Source of the DNA: Peribolospora baueri
Taxonomy: Eukaryota
DNA length: 64,000 nt
Assembly (NCBI GenBank): GCA_029717555.1
Contig: JAMDHS010000033.1
Span: 1 to 64,000 of the forward strand
Reading direction: 5' to 3'
The notes under the pieces: generated by a model
Told to the model about the DNA's origin: nothing
Databases searched by the model: none
What the model saw: only the letters and a program-made list of their open reading frames with translations
Shown: one piece after another, positions 1 to 11,567 of the stretch
Position numbering within the stretch: the first letter of the stretch is position 1
Layout: the number at the start of each line of letters is the position of its first letter
Made by a program: the position numbers and the translations under genes

Positions 1-79
<79 letters not shown>
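1..79. repeat. Poly(A) homopolymer at the window edge
   Basis: 79 consecutive A from position 1; it lies inside what looks like an intron of the minus-strand protease gene (donor GTGAGT at 158). Confidence 0.95.
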
Positions 80-81
<2 letters not shown>

Positions 82-158
82 AAGAGATGGAATGAGTGAC
101 GGGGTCATGAGCCGACGAAGGCGATGGCGCTCCATGGTCCCTGGCCTGGGCTACTCAC

Positions 159-1357
159 TTCTCCGATGACAGAACCGACGAGGTAGCTTCCGTCGGTGCC
201 GTACGAGGCGGTGGAGGGGGAGAGGGTGTAAGAGGTGGAGCCAAACGTAAAAGTGATGGTAGGGATCGAATTGGGGCTGAACAGGCCGTAGACCGTGCCG
301 TCCTGGGTGGTTGTCTGAACGCCGAGGCTGTTGTAAAGCGACTGGACGTCCGAGGGCGGTCCGATGACGAGCGTGGTGCCCGTGTCTACGATGCCGTAGC
401 CTAACCCGATGCCGTTCACCGAGCCCTCGCTGGTCGCCCAGAATCCGCCGTCGGCCGAGTCGTAGTTGAGCCAGTTGATCGCACCGGTGTACTTGGAGGA
501 GTCGGTGCCGCCGAGGTAGAGCTCGGAGCCGGAGGTAGCCAAGGAGACGCCGAATTCTTGGGCGTCGACGGCTCCCTCCGAGATGAGCGTGTTGAACAGA
601 GGGCTATCGCCAAAGGCGGAAAGGGAGGGGAAGGCGAGGCCGACGAGACCGTCCTGAGGACCAGTGAGGGAGCTCGAGGTGGCGTCGCCGACGGACTGAC
701 CGGTGGCGGTCAGGCCGCCCACCTGGACGGTGTCCTGGTAGATGGTGCCAGAGGCGCTGGAGCCGTCGCCGTAGGTGACGGTGAACGGGCTGCCGGTGTT
801 GACGGCGGTGCTAGAAGACGAGGGGTTGTAGTACCCGGGCTGGACAAACGTGTCGGACGAGCCGGTGTCAAAGTCCATGTTGAACGTCTGGCCGGGCGTG
901 CCAACGGCGATGGGGCCGGTCCACTCGAGGCCGCTCTGCTGGTCGGTGAGGCCGACGGAGCCGGTGCCGCGCTTGGCCATGCGCGCCTCGTGCTTGGCCT
1001 GGCGGGCCTCTGTCTTGGCCTTGCGCACGGCGGAGGGGGAGGAGGCGTACGGGTGAGCCTTCCCGGTGTTGCGCTCGTAGTTCGTCAGCGCAGAGTCGAT
1101 CTTTCTGTAGGAGGTAAAAGGAAGGCATTGGCACGGCGGCGGAGAGCAAGAACGATGATCTCGACTCACGCGACCGCCTTGGCAGCAAGAGCGCCCATGT
1201 CGGCGAGGGTGGCCTCACGCTTCTTGACGACGGCGTCCTGACCGCCGCGGCGCTGAAGCGGGATGCGGATGCCGGTCTCCGGGGTGGGCACGGCGCCGAC
1301 GAGAAGGCCAGCCGTGAGGACGGCGGCGAGGGAGGAGAACGAGGGAGAGAGAATCAT
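159..1357 (-). CDS. Secreted pepsin-like (A1) aspartic protease; 3' end probably beyond the window edge
   Basis: ATG at 1357 with signal peptide MILSPSFSSLAAVLTAGLLVGAVP; intron 1169-1105; both catalytic motifs (DFDTGSSD, IVDTGTT); flap YGDGS; DGLVGLAF; dibasic KR after the propeptide; another GTGAGT donor at 158. Confidence 0.9.
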
Positions 1358-1945
1358 GACGAAGGAGGGTGCGGGAGGAAAGGAAGGGAGGAGGGAGGAG
1401 AGGCGATGAGAGCGAGGGATGGGGGGGAGGACGGGCATGAAGACAAGGCCCATTTATAGCTGTTCGCCCGGCGTTCTCCCACCCTTTGCTCATCTCGCTC
1501 GGTCGGTCGGTCGGTCGCTGGACGAGTGTGCGAGCGGAGCGGGTGTTCATGTGCCGGCGGAAGGGCGAAGCGGGTGCTCGTGACAGGCGGCATGCCGGCG
1601 GCGGGGAAGGAGACGATAGAGGGCTGGGAGCGCAGATGCGGCGATGAATGAGAGCGGGAGGATGACGAGCTTGAGCGGGTGACCCACTGACGAGGATGAG
1701 TGGGGAGAAGAAATGAGGACGGACGGTCGGCCGTCGTCTGTCGTCTGATCGTTCTTTGGTTGCCGCCGCCGAACGTGCAGACGAGGCGCAGGTCGCAGGG
1801 GCGCTGGCCGAGCCAGCTGTAGGGGAGGAGGAGAAGAGGAGGAGCGGGAGACGTGATGGGAACGGAGGAGAGTGATGAGGATGAGAGGGTCATACGAAGA
1901 AACCTTAGATAAGCGACGATCGGATAGAAAGAGATCGACAGGCAC

Positions 1946-1989
1946 AGACTAGACTAGACTGGACTAGACTAGACTAGACTAGATTAGAC
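1946..1989. repeat. (AGACT)n pentanucleotide microsatellite
   Basis: About 8-9 imperfect AGACT units read directly. Confidence 0.85.
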
Positions 1990-2876
1990 GGCGATACGCG
2001 TACAGACGCGCGCATTGCCGAGATAAGAGAAGCACCTCCGCTTCTTCGCTACCGCCTCTGCTCTCCACACCGCTGGCCACAGCCAGGCGAGCGTGACACT
2101 GCGTCACCGCAAGCCACACAGATCGACGCGGCACAGTTCGCAGCACACATCCCAGCCCGGCCGCCAACCCAGCCAGTCACCCGACCACGTCCGCTCGCTC
2201 GCTCCACCGGCGGCAAGCGACGCGACGCGGCGCACCCATGCATGCGCGTGCATACCCGTGAGGACGACGGAGGGAGCGAGGGAGGATGGGGTGCAGCCGA
2301 GCGGTCGTCTGACAGCGCTCCACCTCGTCCCACTACCCTGCTGCGTGCATGACCACAGACGCTGTCCGCCGATCCAGGCGCGATCGACGCACGGTCGAGA
2401 ACAAACGGGAATTGCGGCGCCAGCTAAGTAGCTAGTTGTCGATCCACGTCGAGGCCAGGAGGCAGGTGGGCGGAAAACAGGCCAGAGGCGAGCCGCTGAT
2501 GATGACGACGTGAGCGAGGTAGAATAGAATAGATATTCAAGGCAACTTATGCACCTCCATCCGTCTGCGCCCGACGCCCGTCTTGCTTGCGTCAGATCGC
2601 GCCATCTCTGGCCCGTTCCTCGTCTTCTTCTCTTTTCGCACTTTGCTTTATCAGCTGGGCAAGGCAAAGCAAAGCAGAACGACGTGTTGGCCCTGGTGTC
2701 CGTCACATGACGGTTGTCGCCATCCGTGCGCATGTGCTTCACAAATCGGATCGGCGTTCCATTCCACGCGGCCGAGAAGCGACAAGGAAAAGAAGGCAAG
2801 AGCGACGGAAGAGGACGCAGTAGAAAACAGGGAGAACAACAAGGCGTCTGCCTCTAGGAGGAGAAAGGGATCGCGT

Positions 2877-3957
2877 TTATCTTGCACGACCGACAACGTC
2901 GCTCTGTGTGTGCGCGCGCAGCCGTTCCTTCAACGACTCGACGTCGTCTTTGCTCATGCCCACCGAGCGTAACAAGTATCCCTCCACGCCGCCGTAATGC
3001 TCGCGAAGGTGCGCGAGGAAAGCGTTCATGGATTCCGCCCTATCCGAAGCAAGACGGACAGATGACAGCTTAGCGGGAGACGGGAGATGCAGGCCAAGAG
3101 GGAAGCGTCGGCGCTGGCGCTGGCGTACCTCGCAGCGGGCAGCCGGGAGAGGCCGACCATCCGTTCGGCCGACGCCGACGCCGGAGGTCCTCCCAACTTT
3201 CCGAGCAGACGCTCGCGGACGGGCGCGATGCCGACGCGAGTGAGCGCGTAGTCGTGAGCGATCACCTCGTCCGTCGTTCCCGCCAGCTGTGAGGCGACCA
3301 ACATAGGGGGGTCAGCCGGGCGCCTGGGCAGCGGACAGGGGACAGAGGAGCACGGGAGGGAGAGCGCACGAGGAGAATCAGGGCGGCGAGGACGCCAGTA
3401 CGATCCTTTCCGGCTGGTAAGGCAGAGAGTCGCGTCAGAAGCGCTTCCGGTCCGATCCAAGACAAGGCGGGCGGGAGGCGCTCACCGGTGCAATGGAAGA
3501 GGAAGCCCTCGTGTGGCCTCTGCGCCCAGTGTGTCAGCACCGTCGCGAAAGCGTTTCCGCCTAGTCGAAGGAGCTCGTCGTAGTCGTCGAGGAGGTCCGT
3601 GTCTCCGTCACCGGCGTGCCTCGCGATGGCGGTATCGAGCACTTTGGCGGCGACGGCAGCGTCCCCCACGACGGGAATGTGATGGACGTCGATGCCCGAG
3701 GTGATCGCCGGCGGACACGGGTCCCTGGCCAGCTCAAAGTGGGAGCGCAGGTCAAAAATGCGAGCAATCCCCAACTCCCGGAGCTGGGCGGCGCCGGCGG
3801 GCGTGACGCGGGACAGCTCGCCGGCGCGAACGACGGCCGGCGAGTGCGGGGGCAGGGGAAGGCGGCGGATGTTAAAAGCGCCTTCGACGGATAGGAACGG
3901 CGGCTGCGAGAGCGTGGTTTGGACGAAATCAGCGGACAGCAAAGCGGGGAGGTCCAT
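2877..3957 (-). CDS. Protein-tyrosine/lipid phosphatase (Y_phosphatase3/IphP-like), 4 exons
   Basis: VEGAFNIR, VVRAGELS and IFDLRS motifs; CX5R loop HCT|AGKDRTG split by an intron; then IAHDYALT and YGGVEGYL; TAA at 2877-2879. Confidence 0.88.
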
Positions 3958-5384
3958 GGCTTACGGTGCGGGTGCAGGCCTGCGAGTTTGGCTGTCGTCG
4001 CGGTAGAGGGAGACGAGGTCGACGAGTCGCACACCCCACCTCCAATGGGCACGGCGGCCTACGACGGCCTGAGCACGTGGTGTCAGCCACTGGCACTTAG
4101 ATGGTGCAGACCGACTCGAGAAATACATCTTTCAGGGACGGTGGTGGGAGGAACCACCGTTCACCAGCCGCAACGCTATTCCCGCTCTCCCTTGCGCGCA
4201 GACATCGATGTCGGGCCGAGGGCAAGTGTGTGGGCAGGGGTCGTGATGACGGCTAGATTAGAGAGCGAGGGACACGGCAGGCACGATTGCCATCGCCCTT
4301 CCGGTCACTATCTGCTTCCTCACTATGGATGCAGCGGATCCGCGTTTCGTCGGATCGTCGGCGACGGGGGAAGAAAACGGCCGCTGCCCTCCGCTTAGCC
4401 TACGCTAACAACGTCCGTCCAGCGTCCTCCGTCAATGCCTCGACCACGGATTCAATTACGTCGCCTACACCGTATCGTTCGTTCGTCCACCTGAACACTG
4501 TCATGTCAGGTCGCGTGCGAACCAGCCCGCAGAGGTCGTGTGTGAATGAGCTCGTAACTGCCGCTTGCACCTTCTCTCCTCTCCGCCCCGTGTCCACCTG
4601 ATCGTTACCTGCACCTGTGCGGTAGATAGCTGTTACACACTGGACCGTGAGGACCGAACAGTTGTTCCTGTGCGCCCTCTCCTGACTTGTTTAGCTTATG
4701 TATGAGTGCTCGGCAAGGGAACTGCTTACCTGCACGGCGGCATCCTTATTCACGACCGGCTCTGAGAAGAAAAAGGTTCAAGGAACTTACCCGACGGGCG
4801 CGACGACGAGACCCAATCCCCGCACTGACGGGAGCTGAACCCCGAGTCCAACTCTGAGGACCGACAGCATTCATGGCCTTTTTGACAGGCCAAAAGTAGA
4901 CCGCGTTCCTTCCTGTTGGCGTCACGGGCTTGCCGGAGCTGCGGCTGTCCCCGCTTGGTCGAACATCTGGAAGCAGCGAAGAGCAGAGACAGAGAGGGTG
5001 CTGGGCGGGTAAGTGAGAGGACGGGCCGAATGATGTCGGTGCGCATTGAAAGGGCCTTTTGTGCCGTCTGTGAGCAAGACGAGGATGCGGGACGAGACGA
5101 TGTCATACAACGGATTTCTTATCGGCATCTGCACCGCGCACGAGCGTCTCCGGTGGCAATGCCCATGTCGTACGTCAAAGTCAAGATGAGATACTCTTTC
5201 CGATGTAGTTCCCGCGTCTGCCGCAGTCGCCCATCTTCAACATCTACCTCGTCCACCTCCCCTCCGTCCGCACGGTCCGCCCTGGCCATCGATGCGCCAT
5301 CGTCTCAGGCACGAAATACAGCAGCACGTAACTTATATGCTCGCCGTCACCCCGGCCCCGTCCGGTCCCTCCGGCGGAGCCATC

Positions 5385-5810
5385 TGTTACAGAGCGGACA
5401 TCAAGCTTCGGTCGGACTCTACGCAAATCCCGAGCAATGCTCGAATCGCAGAGTCAGCACTAGTCTTTGTTGACGCTTCCGCTTCTGCCGTCGTTCGATG
5501 ATAGGACTGACTGCACCGCGTCGCTTGTGTGTTGGGCTTGACCGACGACGCATCACCAGTTATCGACTTCCGTTCAGCGTACCCGGACAAGCCCAACACA
5601 AGCTTGACCGACGACGCATCACCAGTTATCGATTTCCGTTCAGCGTACCCGGACAAGCCCAACACACAAGCGACGCGGTGCAGTCCGTCCTGTCATCGAA
5701 CGACGGCAGAAGCGGAAGCGTCAACAAAGACTAGTGCTGACTCTGCGATTCGAGCATTGCTCGGGATTTGCGTAGAGTCCGACCGAAGCTTTGATGTCCG
5801 CTCTGTAACA
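5385..5810. mobile_element. Non-autonomous fold-back/MITE-like element with long terminal inverted repeats
   Basis: Starts TGTTACAGAGCGGACATCAA and ends TTGATGTCCGCTCTGTAACA. Arms 5385-5544 and 5650-5810 are near-perfect reverse complements (3 substitutions, one 1-bp indel). Flanks CCATC / CCATA give a possible 5-bp TSD with one mismatch. Confidence 0.8.
5536..5666 (+). repeat. Two-copy tandem direct repeat (66-bp period) at the centre of the fold-back element
   Basis: GCTTGACCGACGACGCATCACCAGTTATCGA(C/T)TTCCGTTCAGCGTACCCGGACAAGCCCAACACA occurs at 5536-5600 and 5602-5666 with one mismatch. Confidence 0.95.
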
Positions 5811-6071
5811 CCATACATCCTCATCCCTGCCCTTCTCCATCCCTCCAGTCCAAATTCGACGAGCTAGCGTCTTCGTGCGACGGAGACGAGGGACGAGGGA
5901 AGATAGAGGTGGCCGTTGTACCCAGCTCGCTCTCATCCTCGTCGCACAACTCGCCGCGGGGGGAACAAGGTCGCTCAGCGCCATCCCCCCGCGCAACGGA
6001 CGCAAGACAGCAAAGGCTCCGTGGCCGCACCCAGACGGGGTAGCAACGCGTACCGACGCCATGCGATATCG

Positions 6072-6567
6072 ATGGTTTGCCATCATTATTCCCCTCCTCC
6101 CCTTCCTCCTCCTCCCCCGTCCCTCAGGACAACGGCGACGACGACGACGATGATGACCTCGAGGACTATCCGGAGGCAGTGCCGACGCCCTTGGCGACGG
6201 CGAACGGCAACGCCGAAGCCGAAGGCGGAGCGTCGAAAAGGCGCACAGTTCGGGCTCGGCCCCGCGAACGCCGAAAGGCAAAGGGCCTTTCACGAAGGAG
6301 GAGGACGAGCAGATCGCTGATGCCCTCTTCAAGGCCGTCAGCCATTGCGTCTTGGCCGACAGGCTGGGCAGGCCGAAGAGCTCGATGAAGGATCGGTTGA
6401 GCATTCTTAAAAAAGATGCTCAAGCGACGGCGCGACGCAGGGCAGAACAACCCTCAAATTTAGCGTGGCTGGAAGATAGTCAGCAAGCCTCGACCTTACC
6501 CGCCATACCATACCTTTCTCCTCTTCCTCACTTTCTCATGTATCCTGATGCTTCGAATGTATGTTAG
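6072..6567 (+). pseudogene. Myb/SANT-like small protein with an apparent frameshift
   Basis: Frame 1 reads KGPFTKEEDEQIADALFKAVSHCVLADRLGRPKSSMKDRLSIL (Myb-like). The upstream acidic segment DNGDDDDDDDLEDY...EGGASK is in another frame, and the two join at the A-run 6236-6239. Possible intron 6075-6127. Confidence 0.5.
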
Positions 6568-6911
6568 CCTTGGAACAGCCATCGAGCACGCGCCGGAACG
6601 CCGTCCGTTGCCGGAGATCGATACCTCACCGTGCATCACGTGATGTGAACCCCTATGCGCGTTCGGCCCCGACGGGGAGCAACAACATCTACGGTGGATT
6701 CTTTTCGATCAACGACCATCGCGAACAGGATCCTGTCAGGACAGCAAGCAAGACAGCAGGACAGCAGGACAGTAAGACAGTAAGACATCAAGGCACCGAG
6801 GCAGCAAGGCAACAAGACAGCAAGCGAAGGAAGGAGCGGAGGAACTTGGTCACTCCGCCTGCGCCTCCAAAGATACCCCACCCGTGCCCCTGCCCTACTC
6901 ACTCAGCCGCC

Positions 6912-9900
6912 ATGCCCTCGCCGATGGGCTCGCCCGCCGGTCCACGAGCGAGGTCCCCGCTTGGGGCGCGCGGGCGCTCGCCGTCGCCCGTATCGCCCAC
7001 GCCCTCCTCCACCTCGTTTGTCGTTCACAACGTGCGCAGGCAGCCCGGGGGCGTCTCCGCCGACCCCTCCCCCGCCCACTCGCCCGCCGGCTTCTCGTTT
7101 GCGGAGCAACACCAGCAGCTCCAGAGGCGACAGGAGCAGGAGGAGAGGCGAACAGTGGAGAGGCAGCGTCAGCGTCATATCCATCAGGACGCCGGCGGCC
7201 CGAATCAGAGGCGCGGACCTCCCGGTCATCTGCACCACCAAGAGATCGGCGACGACGATGACGATGAGGAGGAGGAGGAGGACGGCGACGATGGCGACGA
7301 GCAGAGCCACCGCCAACGTGCGATGAGCTTCCAAGGCGCTCAGCATCCCAGTGGGATCAGACAAGCCTTGTCGCGGCATGAGGCCCACGTCGAGCGCGGT
7401 AGGTCGCCCACTCGCACCAACAGCGTCGCTTCCATACAACACCGCCAATCAGGCCCTCCTCCCATCGGTCCCCTTGACCTCCCCGAACCGGTTGCCAATC
7501 CGCCCCTCTCTAACCGTTCCCCGGGCGCCTCCCCCAGCCGTGTCTCCTTCCGCGACCTCCCCACCCCCACCCGCACTCCCACCCGCGACGCCGCCTCTCC
7601 ACAGCTCGGCGCCAGTCCCACTCCGTCCGAGTTGGGCTTGTCAGGAAAGCTTGCCGGTGCCATCGGCGGCCTCTTTGGCATGCGCAAGGATAGGAGTAGG
7701 AGCAGGAGCGGAGAGAGGAACGTGGTGTGGAGCATGGGAAGGGAGGGCTCGGACGACAGAGCAAGGTGGGCTACGTCATGGGTTTTCCTTTTTTTCATGC
7801 GCTCAGCTGTCGCTGACGAACCTCATCCTTTCTTCCCTTCAGCCCGCTCGGAATTCCCTTCGATAAGCTGGCGCCCCGCGGAAGCAACGAGGGCGTGTCA
7901 TCTTCCTCTCGTTCCGCTTCTCCCATATCTCCCGGCCCCGGTGGGCGTTCGCCCAAGCGGGAGCGCGACAGGGAATACGAGCATGAGCCCATGCCGCTGG
8001 CCTCCAATCTCGTTCTCAAGCCTTCGGAGGTGGAGCAACGCCCCAACATGACGTTGGCAGAGATCGAGAGAGAAGCCGAGATGCAGCGGGCTCGGACGCG
8101 TCGTCAGGCGCAGGCCATCGTCGACAGGGAACGAGAGGAGGCCATTCGCTCGCCCACACAAAGCCATGGACCGGGGCAGGGCGGGGCGTGGAACCCGAGG
8201 CAAGCTCTGCTGGATGAAGACGAAGACGCCTTCGTGCCGCCCCCGCTTGCCGCCCTTCGAGCTCAACAGGCACAGGCGTTCAGCAGCCGGCGGAAGCCCG
8301 TGCCCCCCTTGGACGAGGACGGACAGGGCAACCCCACAGATCCTTCCGATGGGCTCACCCCGGCTCAGCGCATCGTGCTCCAGGCGAGGAGCCGGGACAG
8401 CTCTCGGGAGCGCAGCCCGGCCAGTTCCCTTCAGGGCCTGAGTCCCGGCCAGATCGTGAACGCTGCCGACGGCGTTGTCACCCCAGCCCGCCAGCCCGTA
8501 GTCCAGCACGGGTTTCACGCCCCTTCTCGGTCACCACAGCAACGATACTCCATGCCCCCCGGCCCGTACGGCCGCGCGACAAGCGACGGCAGCCCCATCT
8601 CCGGCCCCACCACGCCAGGCTCCCAACACGGCGTCGGGGCTTTTCACTCGCCTTCGCCCGCGGGTCAGCCACCTTTCTTTGGGGCCGAGTCTCCATCTCG
8701 ACCGCCTCTGTTCAAGCGCCACAGCGCCCAGCACATCCCTTCCCACGGCGGCGGCTCTCCCAGCCAGATGCCGCCGCCGCACGCCCAGCCGATCACCACG
8801 CTGCCACACGCGATGCACGACCTCGCCAAGCGGTTCTACCGCTTCGAGAGCTACGCCGTGCCCCTGCTTCGTTCGTTTGAGCGGCGCCTTGACGATATAG
8901 AGTGCGACAACAAGGCGGCCTTTGCGGCTGCCTCCATGAGCGACGTCTCGCGCGACCGCAGTGGTAACGGCTTGACCTTGTCCAACTTGCTCCAGGGCCA
9001 GAAGGGGAGGGAGAAAGACAAGGGGAAAGAAAAGCAAAAGGAGGGAGAGTTGGATATGGAGGAGGTGGAGGCAGAGATGGACAGGTGGGTGGCCAAGCTG
9101 GTGGAGATGATGCGGCGCGAGGTGGGGCAGCTGCGTGTGGGATGTGCGGAGCTGGCGAGGGGGAGAGAGACGCTCGGCCGGGTCGCCTTTGGCATCCAGC
9201 GCGGGCAGGTCACCGGTCTGGCGCGCTCGCCTTCGACGAAGTCCAACAGCGCCGTCGGTTCTCCGCCTCAGGCTAGGAAGGACCGTTCGGCGGACGACGG
9301 CCCCAGCCCCGGTCGTCGGGCGCCCGTCGACGGTCGTCGCGCACGCGCAGCCACGTCCCCGTCCCCGGCTGACGTGCCTGGCAAAGGGGACTCGACGTCG
9401 CACAGCCAGGCAGCGTCACAGTCCTCCACGTCCACTTCCGCCCTTGTTGTTCGCGCCAGAGCCGCTCACCAGGCCATGGCAGCTCACCAGGACTTGGCCG
9501 AACCGGACCGTCCGTCTGCCGCCACTCGCCGGGGGGATGGCGGCACAGCGAGATCTGACGGCACGCCCGAGGTGGCACGGACGCACGGACACGGCAAGCG
9601 GAGCACCAACGCGACCACGTCGACCTTGGCCAGCGCCAAACCGGCCCGCGACGGGCATGGCAATGAGGCGTCGGCGGAGACGACGGCGTCCGCTTTTACC
9701 TACCGCTCCCACCGGCGCGAGGCGTCCAAAGGGACTACCCAAGGCGGCACCCAGGCCGCGGGCGCAGCGGAGCCGATGACGCCGAGCCGACGACGCGGCG
9801 GCCACCACGAGAGAGAAAGCTCGACGAGCCCGAGCCCCCGCAAGCGGTACACGAGCGCGTTGAGCGGGGGCATCGTCGAAGGTCGCATCTCGCCCAATCG

Positions 9901-10765
9901 AGAGCCGGGCGCGGCGGCCGCGCCGGGTAAGATGGGGCCGGAAGGGGGCGAAGAGGCGGTGGGCAGGATGGGCAAGGAAGGGCGAGAGCGTCAGCGACGT
10001 CAGTCTACGGGCTCGGCGCTGCTGTCGCCTCCTGCCGCGAGCACTGTCGTGACGGGAGGTGATTCGGAGGTGTCTGGCTCGGCCTACAGTCGACGGCAGT
10101 CTGCGTTTGTGTCGTCGGCCTCGTCTGGCACGGCCTCCACGCCGCCTTCCTCCGTCCATCCCCTCTCAACATCTCCAGCGTCTTCGAGCGCCGCGGACAA
10201 GGACAAGGACAAGCGGATATCCTTCCCTCGCTCCACGTCGCCCTCGTCTTACGCTCCTCCGCCCCTGTCCCCTGGCGGGGCGGCCGTTCTGAACGCTCGT
10301 GCGAGCGCGGGACTGAGGGCGAGGGCGCAGTCTTACCTGCAGCAGACGGACAAGGAGGCTGTGTTGAGCGCGCCTTCGTCTCCTAACACGAAGATTCCCA
10401 CTCCGCGCTCTCCCGTCGGCGGCGGCGGCGGCGGGGGCATGGCGTTCCCCAGGTCGGCCTCGCCTGTCCGATTCTCGCCGACCGCTTCTTCTGCTCTCGT
10501 CTCGTCCCCCGCTCGAAAGACGACCGCGGCGCTGGGCCACCGCCGAGCGCAATCGCAACAGACCGTCGAGGTTGCATCCGCTCCGAGACCGCGGCCGCAG
10601 TCGTCGTACGTGCCTCGATCGTCCACGACGACGTCTGGTGCTGGTGCGGCGCCCGCTGCTGCCGCGGCGATCGGGAATGGCATCGAGGGCGGAGGAGGGA
10701 GAGGCGCCAGGGTGGGTCAGAAGAAGCTTGGTGATCTTGTCAAGTTTTTTGATGGACAGGCGTGA
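6912..10765 (+). CDS. Large uncharacterised Ser/Pro-rich protein with a central helical/coiled-coil segment, 2 exons
   Basis: ATG at 6912; intron 7766-7842 joins exon 1 in frame to the 956-aa ORF; helical block LPHAMHDLAKRFYRFESYAVPLLRSFERRLDDIE. Confidence 0.8.
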
Positions 10766-10928
10766 GGAAAGCGGGATTTCGACTTTCGCGCCGAAGTGAT
10801 CCGGATGGTGGACGCGGAGGAGGATATCCTGGACGGCGCCGGTCGGTCGTTCCCCCCGGCTCGCTCTGAATCGCCTCATCACGCATCGCTTTCACTTTAC
10901 TTTGTTTTGTTTTGCTGTGCTTTTCCTT

Positions 10929-10987
10929 CATCTTTGTCTTCGTCTTCGTCTTCATCTTTGTCTTCGTCTTCGTCTTCGTCTTCGTCG
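10929..10987. repeat. Compound (TCTTCG)n microsatellite with a duplicated unit
   Basis: CATCTTTGTCTTCGTCTTCGTCTT occurs twice in tandem, followed by more TCTTCG units. Confidence 0.8.
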
Positions 10988-11567
10988 CCCCAGTTCGCCT
11001 GCTGGCGGCTGGTGCCTTGCGCGTGCCCGCGCGTTTTGCTACGATACCCTGCTCGTATGCCCGTCCGTGTACGTACCCTAGCTAGCTTCTTCGCCTTCCC
11101 TGGGCGAGATTGGGAATGGAAGGGGACATGGTCAGGCGGCGGCGTTGTGTGTTGGCGTGAACAACGTCGCCATCATCGATCGAAGTATTCCTTCTTCCGA
11201 AATGAATTCGCCACGTGCGCCGCCCGCGCCTGCGCCCTGCCATCGTCCCGTGCGAGGCGAGACAACAACACTTCCACTTCCACCACCACCACCATCGCCA
11301 TCACCATCATCGCACCGCCGTCAGCGTAGCCTCAGCCTTCCCCGGCGGGCTTCGAGTACCCGAGGTACCCTCCAGGCGGCGCCACGCCCGCGCCCAGCCC
11401 ACCGACGCGGCCAGCCAGCCCCAAGCCCAGCCTCGTCGACACGCCCTCCGACGACCGCCCACACGCAAGCTCTCGCTCAAGCTTGCCTCGCCAAAGCCAA
11501 AGCCAAAGCCAAAGCCTGTCATCGTCGTTTCGCCGAAGCACTTCCGACTCTCAGGGAGAGAAACGCC

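Noticed and set aside
4400..5380. Minus-strand exon-like fragments with splice signals next to the fold-back element
   Set aside because: I could not build a consistent reading frame or recognise a domain; possibly decayed sequence, but not supportable.
5536..5666. CRISPR-like direct repeats
   Set aside because: Only two abutting copies, no spacers, eukaryotic context and no cas genes.
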